NCBI GenBank assembly: GCA_963848135.1
Contig: CAWKCK010000004.1
Span: 62,001 to 126,000, forward strand
Direction: 5' to 3'
Length of the DNA stretch: 64,000 nt
DNA from: an uncultured delta proteobacterium
GTDB taxonomy: Bacteria; Desulfobacterota; Desulfobacteria; Desulfobacterales; SG8-13
Shown here: positions 60,376 through 64,000 of the stretch, one piece after another
Layout of the letters: every line of letters begins with the position of its first letter
Position numbering within the stretch: the first letter of the stretch is position 1
The notes under the pieces: generated by a model
What the model saw: the letters and a program-made list of their open reading frames with translations, nothing else
Database searches by the model: none
What the model was told of the DNA's origin: nothing
Translations under genes and position numbers: made by a program

Positions 60376-61770
60376 ATGTTTATGGATCCAAAATCAGGCG
60401 ACTATCTGGCCTGGTTTTTCTGCACAAGAGAGCAGACGCGTGGCCAAATGGCGCATTTCTCGCGCCAGGGATGTCGGCATGAACATCATTTACGCTCGAG
60501 CCATGAGGATGCAGCGGTACCTCCTGAGGACTTCGAAACAGTTTCGCAGTATCCTATTACTGATCCGTTGGAACACAGGAGAGATATTGTCGATCTTATT
60601 AAAAGGGCCAGAGCCCGAACTGATCGAACCCTTGCCCTCATGCGACGAGACAAGGGACAAGATGCAAACGAGACTGACGCGGAGCGTAATCCGCTTGAAA
60701 CCTTCATTGGTGGATTTGCCCACCATTTTAATAACATATTCATGGCGATTCAGTGCAATGTATCGTTGATTATGTCCGCCCGGGGCGGCGAACACCGCCA
60801 TCAGCGACGGTTAAAGCGAATTGAAAAGCTCGTTTCGAGCGAATCCATGCTGACCAATGATCTGCTCGGGATCGTGATTGAGAAGGGCTGCCACATAGAC
60901 CAGAAACTACAGGCCCATCTGTTGGACGAGATTGTCGCCATCGCCGACACGCTGATCATGCGCCAGGCGTTCTGCAGTTTGGACGACACCCTTTCAGCGA
61001 ACCCGGAGTTGCCGCGGGTGGCGCTGAAACGGCTATCTTCAGGCCTGGCCGGTATTCTGCACCGGTTGATCAATGAAATATACGAACACACAGCCTTTAT
61101 GATCGCAGACAACAGTGCCGATGTGGTGGAAAACGTCCGGCTGCATAAGATGATGGAAGCCGTTGCGCGCGGGCGCAAATTACTGCGAGACCTTACTGGA
61201 AGTGCCATTGGCGGCAAGGCTTCCGGCGAGCGGGTTGACTTAAAGACCATGACCGAAATCCTAATGGGCACATGTTTCCAGGGGCGTGACAACATTCGGT
61301 GCCATTTGGATATCAAATCCGATATGTGCGCTGTCCAGGTGGGTCGATTCCAGGTGGGAGTCATTCTGCAGAAGCTGTATGACAATGCGGTGGCGGCGAT
61401 GCCGCAAGGTGGGGAGATTTTCCTGACAATCGAAAATCACCAGTCAATGTCTAAAACCGGTCATGACCACTATGTCAGGCTGACAATCAGAGATACAGGG
61501 GTGGGCATGGCGCCGGATGTCGTCGCAAGAATCTTCGACCCATTTTTTACCGGAACATCTCCACGCAAAGGCAATGGCCTGGGGCTCACTGCTGTGGATG
61601 GTCTGTTGCAATCCGCCGGCGGCAGCATCAGCGTGGAATCCAAACCAGGGAAAGGGACGGTTTTTACGATAGATTTACCTGTTGCGGGAGTTGATCCTGT
61701 GAACTGGAGGTCAAGATACAGCAATCAGACTGCAGAAATGAGACGTTCAGCAGAAAACCAATTGCGCTAA
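60376..61770 (+). CDS. Atypical cytoplasmic histidine kinase with an apparently duplicated DHp region
   Basis: GGFAHHFNN, second degenerate SSGLAGILHRL, DNAVAAM, DTGVGM, FDPFFTG, GNGLGL; SD AGGAG. Confidence 0.8.
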   Translation: MFMDPKSGDYLAWFFCTREQTRGQMAHFSRQGCRHEHHLRSSHEDAAVPPEDFETVSQYPITDPLEHRRDIVDLIKRARARTDRTLALMRRDKGQDANETDAERNPLETFIGGFAHHFNNIFMAIQCNVSLIMSARGGEHRHQRRLKRIEKLVSSESMLTNDLLGIVIEKGCHIDQKLQAHLLDEIVAIADTLIMRQAFCSLDDTLSANPELPRVALKRLSSGLAGILHRLINEIYEHTAFMIADNSADVVENVRLHKMMEAVARGRKLLRDLTGSAIGGKASGERVDLKTMTEILMGTCFQGRDNIRCHLDIKSDMCAVQVGRFQVGVILQKLYDNAVAAMPQGGEIFLTIENHQSMSKTGHDHYVRLTIRDTGVGMAPDVVARIFDPFFTGTSPRKGNGLGLTAVDGLLQSAGGSISVESKPGKGTVFTIDLPVAGVDPVNWRSRYSNQTAEMRRSAENQLR

Positions 61771-61810
61771 ATTCAGCTCCGGATGCCATCAACGCTGCAA
61801 AAAGTATGGA

Positions 61811-63000
61811 TCAATAAACCCTTGAAAACCCGTTGAATTGATCGAAATCCGGGTTCATTTTCAGGCCGAATTCGTCCTTACCATTAAATCGAAACTCAAT
61901 GTGTGAGGGGTCGATCGTTCCATCGGCCGTCGCGTTCTGTTGAATCTTAAAATAGACCGTGGCGGTCATTTCTTCTGCATCATAGTAACATTGACCGGTA
62001 AAGGGGGAACGTGAACCTCGGTATCCGGTACAGGAAGACCGAAATTATAAGCGGTTCCGGGGCCAATACCTGAGGACCGGCCAATCTGCCAGTTCATAAT
62101 ATTTTCCACCTCGGAACTCTCCATCTCTTTGTCGAATTGAAATTTCATGGTGAAGGTTTTCGAAGCTTCCGCGGTCTGCAGATAGGTATCAAGAGAAGAG
62201 ACAGGGGTCTTGATCGGCATCCAGTAGTTGAAAGAGCTTGTGGCATAGGCAAACATCATTTTCGGCGGATCGACCTCGTATATGTAGCTGCTGAGCGTGT
62301 CGGCCAGCTCCGGTGCCTCAGCCACAGATCTTTCACAATTTCCATGGCCTCTTCGATTTGGCCTGAGTCCGGCATAGGCATAACCCATCTCAGCATAGGC
62401 ATCATAGAACCTGTCATCAATGCGATGGCGGCTTTGAATTGTGTGATGGCTTCCTCGTAGCGGCCTTGTTTGCTGTAATTGAGACCCAACCCAAAGCGAC
62501 CGTTAGGTTTGAGGGGCTCCATTCGCATCACTTTATTGAACTGAATGTCAGCATCCGTATAGCGTCCCAGTATTCATATATGCCTGCCCCAGGGCGAAAG
62601 TGTTTCCTGAACTGGGGTTCAGATTGACAGCCTTCTCGTATTCTTGGTGGCATGCCTCTGAAAAGTTGTTCTGAAAAATAGAGATTACCGAGTTTAATAT
62701 GGATGTCGTCGCGGTAGGGATTGAGTCGTAACGCTGTTTTATAGGCTTTCATGGCATTCTTGGTGTCATCAAGTGCAAGATAAGCATCGGCCATGTAATG
62801 GCGGCATCAATGGAGTTAGGAAGTTTGGGGGCCAACCCGATGGCGCGTTGGAATTCTTTTATAGCTCCTTTGAAGTCCTTGCGCATGTAAAGATCGATGC
62901 CCCGGGTTAGGGCGGTGTTGCTCAAGCTTTCCAACTGCGCCGGTTGTTGTAAGGTGGACGAGAAGATGTCCGTGTTAATCGCGCTGTTGCCAAGGAGCAT
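61811..63000 (-). pseudogene. TPR protein (~395 aa) broken by at least six single-base frameshifts
   Basis: Successive frames join into TPR helices (KGAIKEFQRAI, AMKAYKTAL, QEYEKAV, EEAITQFKAAI) and a C-terminal domain ending FDQFNGFSRVY*. Confidence 0.75.
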
Positions 63001-63012
63001 GATATAATTCGA

Positions 63013-63399
63013 CTACTCGCCATCTACGGGAGAACCTCTCAAACCTGCGGCGAGATTCTCGTTGATTTTAATGACGATATTGAGTTTATCCGACGAAGGA
63101 GACGCCATGGTTTCGAAAATTCGGCGGTCGATAAACGCGCTCAATCGCAGAATATCGCTTCGCAGCCTTTTCGGAAGCGGATGGTCGTCGTTTGCCAACT
63201 CTGCTTGGAAAATGCTCCAGATGCGTTGGTTGTACTTGAGAGCTTCCTCAAGTCTTCGTTGGTGATCATCGATCTCCCAATTATTCTGGCACTCTCTTAG
63301 CTTCCGGGCCGCTTTTGTGAGAACCACCGCTTCAATTCCCCGTCCCGGTATGGTCATGTTGTTGACGGATTCATAGCTGCTCAAGGGGTCACTGTACAT
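63013..63399 (-). CDS. flaF: Flagellar biosynthesis regulator FlaF
   Basis: R.IEA.VL.KAA..L, EALKYNQRIWSIFQ, NDDHPLP..LR, IKINEN.AAGL; follows flbT. Confidence 0.85.
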   Translation of the reverse strand: MYSDPLSSYESVNNMTIPGRGIEAVVLTKAARKLRECQNNWEIDDHQRRLEEALKYNQRIWSIFQAELANDDHPLPKRLRSDILRLSAFIDRRIFETMASPSSDKLNIVIKINENLAAGLRGSPVDGE

Positions 63400-63781
63400 A
63401 ACCGGTTGTCTCCTTTTCATAAGCGATAAGTTCGGCGGCCAGTTTAAGCGCCTGGTAATATTTTCCGTTCAAAATATTTTCGTTGATTTGATCAATTAAA
63501 CCCGTGAGTCTGGGCACTGCCTTGAGAAGGGGCCGGACCAGCTTCCAGTAGCTCTCGTGGTGGGTCGGCAGGTTTTCGGTGTCGATGTACATGAGTTGGA
63601 TAACAAAATAGATTCGGGAGCAAGGCGTGTCAGCATCTTTTTCGCTGAGAATGTCTTTTTCTCTCAGAACCGGGGCATTGTTTTCGACAAGCAGGTCCGA
63701 TGTTTGGCGGCCGACATTTTTAACGACTGCACCGCCAATTAGAATTCGTTCGCCAGGTTTTAAAGATATTTTCAGCGCCAT
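63389..63781 (-). CDS. flbT: Flagellar biosynthesis repressor FlbT
   Basis: MALKISLKPGERILIGGAV, LREKDIL, TPCSRIYFVIQLMY, YYQALK. Confidence 0.9.
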   Translation of the reverse strand: MALKISLKPGERILIGGAVVKNVGRQTSDLLVENNAPVLREKDILSEKDADTPCSRIYFVIQLMYIDTENLPTHHESYWKLVRPLLKAVPRLTGLIDQINENILNGKYYQALKLAAELIAYEKETTGYVQ

Positions 63782-63862
63782 TGGATATTTGCAGGATTCA
63801 AATTTGTTCCTGTGTATTGTCAAGAAGTTTTGAAACTGTTCAGATCGGATTGAATTGGGTGT

Positions 63863-63889
63863 CTGGAGGGAGATTAATTCTCCCTCCAG
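63863..63889 (-). terminator. Stem-loop downstream of flagellin
   Basis: CTGGAGGGAGA-ttaat-TCTCCCTCCAG. Confidence 0.6.
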
Positions 63890-63928
63890 GTATTAGGTGT
63901 AGCGAAGTACAATATTGTTCTAATTAGC

Positions 63929-64000
63929 TTAGAACAGTCTCAGAACCGACTGAGCTGCCTGGGAAGCCAAGCTCAGGGAAGTGGTACCCAAAGCTTGACG
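63929..64000 (-). CDS. Flagellin, C-terminal 23 aa (gene runs off the window)
   Basis: Minus strand reads RQALGTTSLSLASQAAQSVLRLF*, a flagellin C-terminal D0 pattern, directly upstream of flbT-flaF. Confidence 0.8.
   Translation of the reverse strand, partial: RQALGTTSLSLASQAAQSVLRLF

Overview
Chromosomal window from an anaerobic deltaproteobacterium. Desulfobacterota, probably Desulfobacterales-like, is inferred from gene content. About 20 kb (4.5-24.9 kb, minus strand) is one anaerobic aromatic-catabolism cluster. It holds the lower benzoyl-CoA pathway (oah, dch, had, SDR, SCP2-type thiolase with DUF35 partner, HAD/ECH fusion), followed by iorAB, paaK, a PanE-like reductase, one 2-hydroxyacyl-CoA dehydratase alpha-type subunit with its activase, an ADP-forming and an AMP-forming CoA ligase and an atypical thiolase. 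Two GNAT acetyltransferases (one AcuA-like) sit divergently upstream. No complete benzoyl-CoA reductase is in the window. The rest contains housekeeping genes (trpB2, Fur family, aapJQMP, der, rarA, gyrA, gpsA, radC, pgk, PBP1A), an orphan ParA with an RHH-like partner, two secreted FN3 proteins with CFI C-terminal motifs, two histidine kinases and the end of a flagellin-flbT-flaF-TPR locus. Intergenic DNA carries several structured repeats: a ~140-bp TIR-bounded family with covarying stems (3 copies), a ~260-bp foldback with a tandem partial copy, and inverted periodic 7- and 9-bp arrays. I saw no rRNA, tRNA, CRISPR array or transposase. All calls come from motif recognition by eye, with no database searches.
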